The notes under the pieces are model-generated. The model was given only the letters and a program-made list of their open reading frames with translations, was not told the origin of the DNA and did not search any database. Source: Auanema rhodensis (Eukaryota > Animalia > Nematoda). From it: a DNA stretch of 64,000 nucleotides. The stretch spans positions 1,426,001 through 1,490,000 of the forward strand of contig OZ059897.1 in the NCBI GenBank assembly GCA_964057225.1, written 5' to 3'. Both the position numbers and the translations under genes were made by a program. Shown one piece after another: positions 26,701-39,990 of this stretch (positions are counted from its first letter, which is position 1; each line of letters opens with the position of its first letter).

Positions 26701-29700
26701 CATGGAAACTCAACATACACTAATGCATCATTTTTCAAACAATCATAAATAATTTTTGTATTGAGCGTTTCTCAATGTAGTATAGTGCATTCGATGCGGA
26801 TTTTCAAGCTGCGTCGATCTGTGTTATCAGATTTGCGCTAGCTTAAAAATGCACCGAGATATCAACTGATATAAGTTCACACTTATATCCTCGATTTTCA
26901 CCCTGAAGAATTAATTTTTTCGTTGAATAAAATTGTCCATCGTCTTCGCAATAAGAAAAGGAATCTAAGAACATCTAGTTTTTGTAAAATTATCTTGAAA
27001 TTTTTCGGGAAAATTTTTGTCAAAATGTTTTTGGAAGCAATGTTGAGTGTACATGGAAACTCAACATACACAAATGCATCATTTTTCAAACAATCATAAA
27101 TAATTTTTGTATTGAGCGTTTCTCAATGTTATATAGTGCATTCGATGCGGATTTCTAAGCTGCGTCGATCTGTGTTATTAGATTTGCGCTAGCTTAAAAA
27201 TGCACCGAGATATCAACTGATATAAATTCACACTTATATCCTCGATTTTCACCCTGAAGAATTAATTTTTTCGTTGAATAACATTGTCCATCGTCTTCGC
27301 CTTAAGAAAAGGAATCTAAAAACATATACTTTTCGTGAAATTATCTTGAAATTTTTCGGGAAAATTTTTGTCAAAATGTTTTTGGAAGCAATGTTGAGTG
27401 TACATGGAAACTCAACATACACTAATGCATCATTTTTCAAACAATCATAAATAATTTTTGTATTGAGCGTTTCTCAATGTGGTATAGTGCATTCGAAACA
27501 AATGTTTAAGCTGCGTCGATCTGTGTTATCAGATTTGCGCTAGCTTAAAAATGCACCGAGATATCAACTGATATAAGTTCAAACTTATATCCTCGATTTT
27601 CACCCTGAAGAATTAATTTTTTCGTTGAATAACATTGTCCATCGTCTTCGCCTTGAAAAAAGGAATTTAAAAACATCTAGTTTTTGTAAAATTATCTTGA
27701 AATTTTTCGGGAAAATTTTTGTCAAAATGTTTTTGGAAGCAATGTTGAGTGTACATGGAAACTCAACATACACTAATGCATCATTTTTCAAACAATCATA
27801 AATAATTTTTGTATTGAGCATTTCTCAATGTAGTATAGTGCATTCGATGCGGATTTTCAAGCTGCGTCGATCTGTGTTATCAGATTTGCGCTAGCTTAAA
27901 AATGCACCGAGATATCAACTGATATAAGTTCACACTTATATCCTCGATTTTCACCCTGAAGAATTAATTTTTTCGTTGAATAAAATTGTCCATCGTCTTC
28001 GCAATAAGAAAAGGAATCTAAGAACATCTAGTTTTTGTAAAATTATCTTGAAATTTTTCGGGAAAATTTTTGTCAAAATGTTTTTGGAAGCAATGTTGAG
28101 TGTACATGGAAACTCAACATACACAAATGCATCATTTTTCAAACAATCATAAATAATTTTTGTATTGAGCGTTTCTCAATGTTATATAGTGCATTCGATG
28201 CGGATTTCTAAGCTGCGTCGATCTGTGTTATTAGATTTGCGCTAGCTTAAAAATGCACCGAGATATCAACTGATATAAATTCACACTTATATCCTCGATT
28301 TTCACCCTGAAGAATTAATTTTTTCGTTGAATAACATTGTCCATCGTCTTCGCCTTAAGAAAAGGAATCTAAAAACATATACTTTTCGTGAAATTATCTT
28401 GAAATTTTTCGGGAAAATTTTTGTCAAAATGTTTTTGGAAGCAATGTTGAGTGTACATGGAAACTCAACATACACTAATGCATCATTTTTCAAACAATCA
28501 TAAATAATTTTTGTATTGAGCGTTTCTCAATGTGGTATAGTGCATTCGAAACAAATGTTTAAGCTGCGTCGATCTGTGTTATCAGATTTGCGCTAGCTTA
28601 AAAATGCACCGAGATATCAACTGATATAAGTTCAAACTTATATCCTCGATTTTCACCCTGAAGAATTAATTTTTTCGTTGAATAACATTGTCCATCGTTT
28701 TCGCCTTGAAAAAAGGAATCTAAAAACATCTACTCTTCGTTAAATTATCTTGAAATTTTTCGGGAAAATTTTTGTCAAAATCTTTTTGGAAGCAATGTTG
28801 AGTGTACATGGAAACTCAACATACACTAATGCATCATTTTTCAAACAATCATAAATAATTTTTGTATTGAGCGTTTTTCAATGTGGTATAGTGCATTCGA
28901 AACAAATGTTTAAGCTGCGTCGATCTGTGTTATCAGATTTGCGCTAGCTTAAAAATGCACCGAGATATCAACTGATATAAGTTCACACTTATATCCTCGA
29001 TTTTCACCCTGAAGAATTAATTTTTTCGTTGAATAACATTGTCCATCGTTTTCGCCTTGAAAAAAAGAATCTAAAAACATCTACTCTTCGTTAAATTATC
29101 TTGAAATTTTTCGGGAAAATTTTTGTCAAAATGTTTTTGGAAGCAATGTTGAGTGTACATGGAAACTCAACATACACTAATGCATCATTTTTCAAACAAT
29201 CATAAATAATTTTTGTTTTGAGCGTTTCTCAATGTGGTATAGTGCATTCGAAACAAATGTTTAAGCTGCGTCGATCTGTGTTATCAGATTTGCGCTAGCT
29301 TAAAAATGCACCGAGATATCAACTGATATAAGTTCACACTTATATCCTCGATTTTCACCCTGAAGAATTAATTTTTTCGTTGAATAACATTGTCCATCGT
29401 TTTCGCCTTGAAAAAAGGAATCTAAAAACATCTACTTTTCGTAAAATTATCATGAAATTTTTCAGGAAAATTTTTGTCAAAATGTTTTTGGAAGCAATGT
29501 TGAGTGTACATGGAAACTCAACATACACTAATGCATCATTTTTCAAACGATCATAACTAATTTTTGTATTGAGCGTTTCTTAATGTTGTATAGTGCATTC
29601 GATGCGGATTTTTAAGCTGCGTCGATCTGTCTTATCCGATTTGCGCTAGCTTAAAAATGCACCGAGATATCAACTGATATAAGTTCACACTTATATCCTC

Positions 29701-31811
29701 GATTTTCACCCTGAAGAATTAATTTTTTCGTTGAATAACATTGTCCATCGTCTTCGCCTTAAAAAAAAGAATCTAAAAACATCTACTTTTTGTAAAATTA
29801 TCTTGAAAGTTTTTGGGGAAATTTTTGTCAAAATGTTTTTGGAAGCAATGTTGAGTGTACATGGAAACTCAACATACACTAATGCATCATTTTTCAAACA
29901 ATCATAAATAATTTTTGTATTGAGCGTTTATCAATGTAGTATAGTGCATTCGATGCGGATTTTTAAGCTGCGTCGATCTGTGTTATCAGATTTGAGTTAG
30001 CTTAAAAATGCACCGAGATATCAACTGATATAAGTTCACACTTATATCCTCGATTTTCACCCTGAAGAATTAATTTTTTCGTTGAAAAACATTGTCCATG
30101 GTCTTCGCCTTAAAAAAAGGAAATTAGAAACATTTACTTTCTGTAAAATTATCTTGAAATTTTTCGGGATAATTTTTGTCAAAATGTTTTTGGAAGCAAT
30201 GTTGAGAGTACATGGAAACTCAACATACACTAATGCATCATTTTTCAAACAATCATAAATAATTTTTGTATTGAGCGTTTCTCAATGTGGTATAGTGCAT
30301 TCGGAACAAATGTTTAAGCTGCGTCGATCTGTGTTATCAGATTTGCGCTAGCTTAAAAATGCACCGAGATATCAACTGATATAAGTTCACACTTATATCC
30401 TCGATTTTCACCCTGAAGAATTAATTTTTTCGTTAAATAACATTGTCCATCGTCTTCGCCTCGAAAAAAGAAATCTAAAAACATCTACTTTTCGTAAAAT
30501 TATCTTGAAATTTTTCAGGAAAATTTTTGTCAAAATGTTTTTGGAAGCAATGTTGAGTGTACATGGAAACTCAACATACACTAATGCATCATTTTTCAAA
30601 CGATCATAACTAATTTTTGTATTGAGCGTTTCTTAATGTTGTATAGTGCATTCGATGCGGATTTTTAAGCTGCGTCGATCTGTCTTATCCGATTTGCGCT
30701 AGCTTAAAAATGCACCGAGATATCAACTGATATAAGTTCACACTTATATCCTCGATTTTCACCCTGAAGAATTAATTTTTTCGTTGAATAAAATTGTCCA
30801 TCGTCTTCGCAATAAGAAAAGAAATCTAAGAACATCTAGTTTTTGTAAAATTATCTTGAAATTTTTCGGGAAAATTTTTGTCAAAATGTTTTTGGAAGCA
30901 ATGTTGAGTGTACATGGAAACTCAACATACACTAATGCATCATTTTTCAAACAATCATAAATAATTTTTGTATTGAGCGTTTCTCAATGTAATATAGTGC
31001 ATTCGATGCGGATTTTCAAGCTGCGTCGATCTGTGTTATCAGATTTGCGCTAGCTTAAAAATGCACCGAGATATCAACTGATATAAGTTCACACTTATAT
31101 CCTCGATTTTCACCCTGAAGAATTAATTTTTTCGTTGAATAAAATTGTCCATCGTCTTCGCAATAAGAAAAGGAATCTAAGAACATCTAGTTTTTGTAAA
31201 ATTATCTTGAAATTTTTCGGGAAAATTTTTGTCAAAATGTTTTTGGAAGCAATGTTGAGTGTACATGGAAACTCAACATACACAAATGCATCATTTTTCA
31301 AACAATCATAAATAATTTTTGTATTGAGCGTTTCTCAATGTTATATAGTGCATTCGATGCGGATTTCTAAGCTGCGTCGATCTGTGTTATTAGATTTGCG
31401 CTAGCTTAAAAATGCACCGAGATATCAACTGATATAAATTCACACTTATATCCTCGATTTTCACCCTGAAGAATTAATTTTTTCGTTGAATAACATTGTC
31501 CATCGTCTTCGCCTTAAGAAAAGGAATCTAAAAACATATACTTTTCGTGAAATTATCTTGAAATTTTTCGGGAAAATTTTTGTCAAAATGTTTTTGGAAG
31601 CAATGTTGAGTGTACATGGAAACTCAACATACACTAATGCATCATTTTTCAAACAATCATAAATAATTTTTGTATTGAGCGTTTCTCAATGTGGTATAGT
31701 GCATTCGAAACAAATGTTTAAGCTGCGTCGATCTGTGTTATCAGATTTGCGCTAGCTTAAAAATGCACCGAGATATCAACTGATATAAGTTCACACTTAT
31801 ATCCTCGATTT
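23739..31811. repeat. Higher-order duplication, 12-monomer period (4212 bp), containing a nested 3-monomer duplication
   Basis: ATTATCATGAAA 25240/29452 and CAAAATCTTT 24570/28782 (+4212). TTCAAACTT 27582/28635 (+1053). Boundaries are approximate. Confidence 0.85.
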
Positions 31812-34800
31812 TCACCCTGAAGAATTAATTTTTTCGTTGAATAACATTGTCCATCGTTTTCGCCTTGAAAAAAGGAATCTAAAAACATCTACTCTTCGTT
31901 AAATTATCTTGAAATTTTTCGGGAAAATTTTTGTCAAAATGTTTTTGGAAGCAATGTTGAGTGTACATGGAAACTCAACATACACTAATGCATCATTTTT
32001 CAAACAATCATAAATAATTTTTGTATTGAGCGTTTCTCAATGTGGTATAGTGCATTCGAAACAAATGTTTAAGCTGCGTCGATCTGTGTTATCAGATTTG
32101 CGCTAGCTTAAAAATGCACCGAGATATCAACTGATATAAGTTCACACTTATATCCTCGATTTTCACCCTGAAGAATTAATTTTTTCGTTGAATAACATTG
32201 TCCATCGTTTTCGCCTTGAAAAAAGGAATCTAAAAACATCTACTCTTTGTTAAATTATCTTGAAATTTTTCGGGAAAATTTTTGTCAAAATGTTTTTGGA
32301 AGCAATGTTGAGTGTACATGGAAACTCAACATACACTAATGCATCATTTTTCAAACAATCATAAATAATTTTTGTATTGAGCGTTTCTCAATGTGGTATA
32401 GTGCATTCGAAACAAATGTTTAAGCTGCGTCGATCTGTGTTATCAGATTTGCGCTAGCTTAAAAATGCACCGAGATATCAACTGATATAAGTTCACACTT
32501 ATATCCTCGATTTTCACCCTGAAGAATTAATTTTTTCGTTGAATAACATTGTCCATCGTTTTCGCCTTGAAAAAAGGAATCTAAAAACATCTACTTTTTG
32601 TGAAATTATCTTGAAATTTTTCGGGATAATTTTTGTCAAAATGTTTTTGGAAGCAATGTTGAGTGTACATAGAAACTCAACATACACTAATGCATCATTT
32701 TTCAAACAATCATAAATAATTTTTGTATTGAGCGTTTCTCAATGTTATATAGTGCATTCGATGCGGATTTCTAAGCTGCGTCGATCTGTGTTATTAGATT
32801 TGCGCTAGCTTAAAAATGCACCGAGATATCAACTGATATAAGTTCACACTTATATCCTCGATTTTCACCCTGAAGAATTAATTTTTTCGTTGAATAAAAT
32901 TGTCCATCGTCTTCGCAATAAGAAAAGGAATCTAAGAACATCTAGTTTTTGTAAAATTATCTTGAAATTTTTCGGGAAAATTTTTGTCAAAATGTTTTTG
33001 GAAGCAATGTTGAGTGTACATGGAAAATCAACATACACTAATGCATCATTTTTCAAACAATCATAAATAATTTTTGTATTGAGCGTTTCTCAATGTGGTA
33101 TATAGCATTCGAAACAAATGTTTAAGCTGCGTCGATCTGTGTTATCAGATTTGCGCTAGCTTAAAAATGCACCGAGATATCAATTGAAATAAGTTCACAC
33201 TTATATCCTCGATTTTCACCCTGAAGAATTAATTTTTTCGTTGAATAACATTGTCCATCGTCTTCGCCTTGAGAAAAGGAATCTAAGAACATCTAGTTTT
33301 TGTAAAATTATCTTGAAATTTTTTGGGGAAATTTTTGTCAAAATGTTTTTGGAAGCAATGTTGAGTGTACATGGAAACTCAACATACACTAATGCATCAT
33401 TTTTCAAACAATCATAAATAATTTTTGTATTGAGCGTTTCTCAATGTTATATAGTGCATTCGATGCGGATTTCTAAGCTGCGTCGATCTGTGTTATCAGA
33501 TTTGCCTAGCTTAAAAATGCACCGAGATATCAACTGATATAAGTTCACACTTATATCCTCGATTTTCACCCTGAAGAATTAATTTTTTCGTTGAATAAAA
33601 TTGTCCATCGTCTTCGCAATAAGAAAAGAAATCTAAGAACATCTAGTTTTTGTAAAATTATCTTGAAATTTTTCGGGAAAATTTTTGTCAAAATGTTTTT
33701 GGAAGCAATGTTGAGTGTACATGGAAACTCAACATACACTAATGCATCATTTTTCAAACAATCATAAATAATTTTTGTATTGAGCGTTTCTCAATGTAGT
33801 ATAGTGCATTCGGTGCGGATTTTCAAGCTGCGTCGATCTGTGTTATCAGATTTGCGCTAGCTTAAAAATGCACCGAGATATCAACTGATATAAGTTCACA
33901 CTTATATCCTCGATTTTCACCCTGAAGAATTAATTTTTTCGTTGAATAAAATTGTCCATCGTCTTCGCAATAAGAAAAGGAATCTAAGAACATCTAGTTT
34001 TTGTAAAATTATCCTGAAATTTTTCGGGAAAATTTTTGTCAAAATGTTTTTGGAAGCAATGTTGAGTGTACATGGAAACTCAACATACACAAATGCATCA
34101 TTTTTCAAACAATCATAAATAATTTTTGTATTGAGCGTTTCTCAATGTTATATAGTGCATTCGATGCGGATTTCTAAGCTGCGTCGATCTGTGTTATTAG
34201 ATTTGCGCTAGCTTAAAAATGCACCGAGATATCAACTGATATAAATTCACACTTATATCCTCGATTTTCACCCTGAAGAATTAATTTTTTCGTTGAATAA
34301 CATTGTCCATCGTCTTCGCCTTAAGAAAAGGAATCTAAAAACATATACTTTTCGTGAAATTATCTTGAAATTTTTCGGGAAAATTTTTGTCAAAATGTTT
34401 TTGGAAGCAATGTTGAGTGTACATGGAAACTCAACATACACTAATGCATCATTTTTCAAACAATCATAAATAATTTTTGTATTGAGCGTTTCTCAATGTG
34501 GTATAGTGCATTCGAAACAAATGTTTAAGCTGCGTCGATCTGTGTTATCAGATTTGCGCTAGCTTAAAAATGCACCGAGATATCAACTGATATAAGTTCA
34601 CACTTATATCCTCGATTTTCACCCTGAAGAATTAATTTTTTCGTTGAATAACATTGTCCATCGTTTTCGCCTTGAAAAAAGGAATCTAAAAACATCTACT
34701 CTTCGTTAAATTATCTTGAAATTTTTCGGGAAAATTTTTGTCAAAATGTTTTTGGAAGCAATGTTGAGTGTACATGGAAACTCAACATACACTAATGCAT

Positions 34801-37800
34801 CATTTTTCAAACAATCATAAATAATTTTTGTATTGAGCGTTTCTCAATGTGGTATAGTGCATTCGAAACAAATGTTTAAGCTGCGTCGATCTGTGTTATC
34901 AGATTTGCGCTAGCTTAAAAATGCACCGAGATATCAACTGATATAAGTTCACACTTATATCCTCGATTTTCACCCTGAAGAATTAATTTTTTCGTTGAAT
35001 AACATTGTCCATCGTTTTCGCCTTGAAAAAAGGAATCTAAAAACATCTACTCTTCGTTAAATTATCTTGAAATTTTTCGGGATAATTTTTGTCAAAATGT
35101 TTTTGGAAGCAATGTTGAGAGTACATGGAAACTCAACATACACTAATGCATCATTTTTCAAACAATCATAAATAATTTTTGTATTGAGCGTTTCTCAATG
35201 TGGTATAGTGCATTCGGAACAAATGTTTAAGCTGCGTCGATCTGTGTTATCAGATTTGCGCTAGCTTAAAAATGCACCGAGATATCAACTGATATAAGTT
35301 CACACTTATATCCTCGATTTTCACCCTGAAGAATTAATTTTTTCGTTAAATAACATTGTCCATCGTCTTCGCCTCGAAAAAAGAAATCTAAAAACATCTA
35401 CTTTTCGTAAAATTATCTTGAAATTTTTCAGGAAAATTTTTGTCAAAATGTTTTTGGAAGCAATGTTGAGTGTACATGGAAACTCAACATACACTAATGC
35501 ATCATTTTTCAAACGATCATAACTAATTTTTGTATTGAGCGTTTCTTAATGTTGTATAGTGCATTCGATGCGGATTTTTAAGCTGCGTCGATCTGTCTTA
35601 TCCGATTTGCGCTAGCTTAAAAATGCACCGAGATATCAACTGATATAAGTTCACACTTATATCCTCGATTTTCACCCTGAAGAATTAATTTTTTCGTTGA
35701 ATAAAATTGTCCATCGTCTTCGCAATAAGAAAAGAAATCTAAGAACATCTAGTTTTTGTAAAATTATCTTGAAATTTTTCGGGAAAATTTTTGTCAAAAT
35801 GTTTTTGGAAGCAATGTTGAGTGTACATGGAAACTCAACATACACTAATGCATCATTTTTCAAACAATCATAAATAATTTTTGTATTGAGCGTTTCTCAA
35901 TGTAATATAGTGCATTCGATGCGGATTTTCAAGCTGCGTCGATCTGTGTTATCAGATTTGCGCTAGCTTAAAAATGCACCGAGATATCAACTGATATAAG
36001 TTCACACTTATATCCTCGATTTTCACCCTGAAGAATTAATTTTTTCGTTGAATAAAATTGTCCATCGTCTTCGCAATAAGAAAAGGAATCTAAGAACATC
36101 TAGTTTTTGTAAAATTATCTTGAAATTTTTCGGGAAAATTTTTGTCAAAATGTTTTTGGAAGCAATGTTGAGTGTACATGGAAACTCAACATACACAAAT
36201 GCATCATTTTTCAAACAATCATAAATAATTTTTGTATTGAGCGTTTCTCAATGTTATATAGTGCATTCGATGCGGATTTCTAAGCTGCGTCGATCTGTGT
36301 TATTAGATTTGCGCTAGCTTAAAAATGCACCGAGATATCAACTGATATAAATTCACACTTATATCCTCGATTTTCACCCTGAAGAATTAATTTTTTCGTT
36401 GAATAACATTGTCCATCGTCTTCGCCTTAAGAAAAGGAATCTAAAAACATATACTTTTCGTGAAATTATCTTGAAATTTTTCGGGAAAATTTTTGTCAAA
36501 ATGTTTTTGGAAGCAATGTTGAGTGTACATGGAAACTCAACATACACTAATGCATCATTTTTCAAACAATCATAAATAATTTTTGTATTGAGCGTTTCTC
36601 AATGTGGTATAGTGCATTCGAAACAAATGTTTAAGCTGCGTCGATCTGTGTTATCAGATTTGCGCTAGCTTAAAAATGCACCGAGATATCAACTGATATA
36701 AGTTCACACTTATATCCTCGATTTTCACCCTGAAGAATTAATTTTTTCGTTGAATAACATTGTCCATCGTTTTCGCCTTGAAAAAAGGAATCTAAAAACA
36801 TCTACTCTTCGTTAAATTATCTTGAAATTTTTCGGGAAAATTTTTGTCAAAATGTTTTTGGAAGCAATGTTGAGTGTACATGGAAACTCAACATACACTA
36901 ATGCATCATTTTTCAAACAATCATAAATAATTTTTGTATTGAGCGTTTCTCAATGTGGTATAGTGCATTCGAAACAAATGTTTAAGCTGCGTCGATCTGT
37001 GTTATCAGATTTGCGCTAGCTTAAAAATGCACCGAGATATCAACTGATATAAGTTCACACTTATATCCTCGATTTTCACCCTGAAGAATTAATTTTTTCG
37101 TTGAATAACATTGTCCATCGTTTTCGCCTTGAAAAAAGGAATCTAAAAACATCTACTCTTTGTTAAATTATCTTGAAATTTTTCGGGAAAATTTTTGTCA
37201 AAATGTTTTTGGAAGCAATGTTGAGTGTACATGGAAACTCAACATACACTAATGCATCATTTTTCAAACAATCATAAATAATTTTTGTATTGAGCGTTTC
37301 TCAATGTGGTATAGTGCATTCGAAACAAATGTTTAAGCTGCGTCGATCTGTGTTATCAGATTTGCGCTAGCTTAAAAATGCACCGAGATATCAACTGATA
37401 TAAGTTCACACTTATATCCTCGATTTTCACCCTGAAGAATTAATTTTTTCGTTGAATAACATTGTCCATCGTTTTCGCCTTGAAAAAAGGAATCTAAAAA
37501 CATCTACTTTTTGTGAAATTATCTTGAAATTTTTCGGGATAATTTTTGTCAAAATGTTTTTGGAAGCAATGTTGAGTGTACATAGAAACTCAACATACAC
37601 TAATGCATCATTTTTCAAACAATCATAAATAATTTTTGTATTGAGCGTTTCTCAATGTTATATAGTGCATTCGATGCGGATTTCTAAGCTGCGTCGATCT
37701 GTGTTATTAGATTTGCGCTAGCTTAAAAATGCACCGAGATATCAACTGATATAAGTTCACACTTATATCCTCGATTTTCACCCTGAAGAATTAATTTTTT

Positions 37801-39990
37801 CGTTGAATAAAATTGTCCATCGTCTTCGCAATAAGAAAAGGAATCTAAGAACATCTAGTTTTTGTAAAATTATCTTGAAATTTTTCGGGAAAATTTTTGT
37901 CAAAATGTTTTTGGAAGCAATGTTGAGTGTACATGGAAAATCAACATACACTAATGCATCATTTTTCAAACAATCATAAATAATTTTTGTATTGAGCGTT
38001 TCTCAATGTGGTATATAGCATTCGAAACAAATGTTTAAGCTGCGTCGATCTGTGTTATCAGATTTGCGCTAGCTTAAAAATGCACCGAGATATCAATTGA
38101 AATAAGTTCACACTTATATCCTCGATTTTCACCCTGAAGAATTAATTTTTTCGTTGAATAACATTGTCCATCGTCTTCGCCTTGAGAAAAGGAATCTAAG
38201 AACATCTAGTTTTTGTAAAATTATCTTGAAATTTTTTGGGGAAATTTTTGTCAAAATGTTTTTGGAAGCAATGTTGAGTGTACATGGAAACTCAACATAC
38301 ACTAATGCATCATTTTTCAAACAATCATAAATAATTTTTGTATTGAGCGTTTCTCAATGTTATATAGTGCATTCGATGCGGATTTCTAAGCTGCGTCGAT
38401 CTGTGTTATCAGATTTGCCTAGCTTAAAAATGCACCGAGATATCAACTGATATAAGTTCACACTTATATCCTCGATTTTCACCCTGAAGAATTAATTTTT
38501 TCGTTGAATAAAATTGTCCATCGTCTTCGCAATAAGAAAAGAAATCTAAGAACATCTAGTTTTTGTAAAATTATCTTGAAATTTTTCGGGAAAATTTTTG
38601 TCAAAATGTTTTTGGAAGCAATGTTGAGTGTACATGGAAACTCAACATACACTAATGCATCATTTTTCAAACAATCATAAATAATTTTTGTATTGAGCGT
38701 TTCTCAATGTAGTATAGTGCATTCGGTGCGGATTTTCAAGCTGCGTCGATCTGTGTTATCAGATTTGCGCTAGCTTAAAAATGCACCGAGATATCAACTG
38801 ATATAAGTTCACACTTATATCCTCGATTTTCACCCTGAAGAATTAATTTTTTCGTTGAATAAAATTGTCCATCGTCTTCGCAATAAGAAAAGGAATCTAA
38901 GAACATCTAGTTTTTGTAAAATTATCTTGAAATTTTTCGGGAAAATTTTTGTCAAAATGTTTTTGGAAGCAATGTTGAGTGTACATGGAAACTCAACATA
39001 CACAAATGCATCATTTTTCAAACAATCATAAATAATTTTTGTATTGAGCGTTTCTCAATGTTATATAGTGCATTCGATGCGGATTTCTAAGCTGCGTCGA
39101 TCTGTGTTATTAGATTTGCGCTAGCTTAAAAATGCACCGAGATATCAACTGATATAAATTCACACTTATATCCTCGATTTTCACCCTGAAGAATTAATTT
39201 TTTCGTTGAATAACATTGTCCATCGTCTTCGCCTTAAGAAAAGGAATCTAAAAACATATACTTTTCGTGAAATTATCTTGAAATTTTTCGGGAAAATTTT
39301 TGTCAAAATGTTTTTGGAAGCAATGTTGAGTGTACATGGAAACTCAACATACACTAATGCATCATTTTTCAAACAATCATAAATAATTTTTGTATTGAGC
39401 GTTTCTCAATGTGGTATAGTGCATTCGAAACAAATGTTTAAGCTGCGTCGATCTGTGTTATCAGATTTGCGCTAGCTTAAAAATGCACCGAGATATCAAC
39501 TGATATAAGTTCACACTTATATCCTCGATTTTCACCCTGAAGAATTAATTTTTTCGTTGAATAACATTGTCCATCGTTTTCGCCTTGAAAAAAGGAATCT
39601 AAAAACATCTACTCTTCGTTAAATTATCTTGAAATTTTTCGGGAAAATTTTTGTCAAAATGTTTTTGGAAGCAATGTTGAGTGTACATGGAAACTCAACA
39701 TACACTAATGCATCATTTTTCAAACAATCATAAATAATTTTTGTATTGAGCGTTTCTCAATGTGGTATAGTGCATTCGAAACAAATGTTTAAGCTGCGTC
39801 GATCTGTGTTATCAGATTTGCGCTAGCTTAAAAATGCACCGAGATATCAACTGATATAAGTTCACACTTATATCCTCGATTTTCACCCTGAAGAATTAAT
39901 TTTTTCGTTGAATAACATTGTCCATCGTTTTCGCCTTGAAAAAAGGAATCTAAAAACATCTACTCTTCGTTAAATTATCTTGAAATTTTT
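30160..39990. repeat. Higher-order duplication, 14-monomer period (4913 bp)
   Basis: Private SNPs at 32671/37584, 33027/37940, 33184/38097 and 33813/38726 are all +4913. There is a chimeric junction monomer near 35060-35083. Confidence 0.93.
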
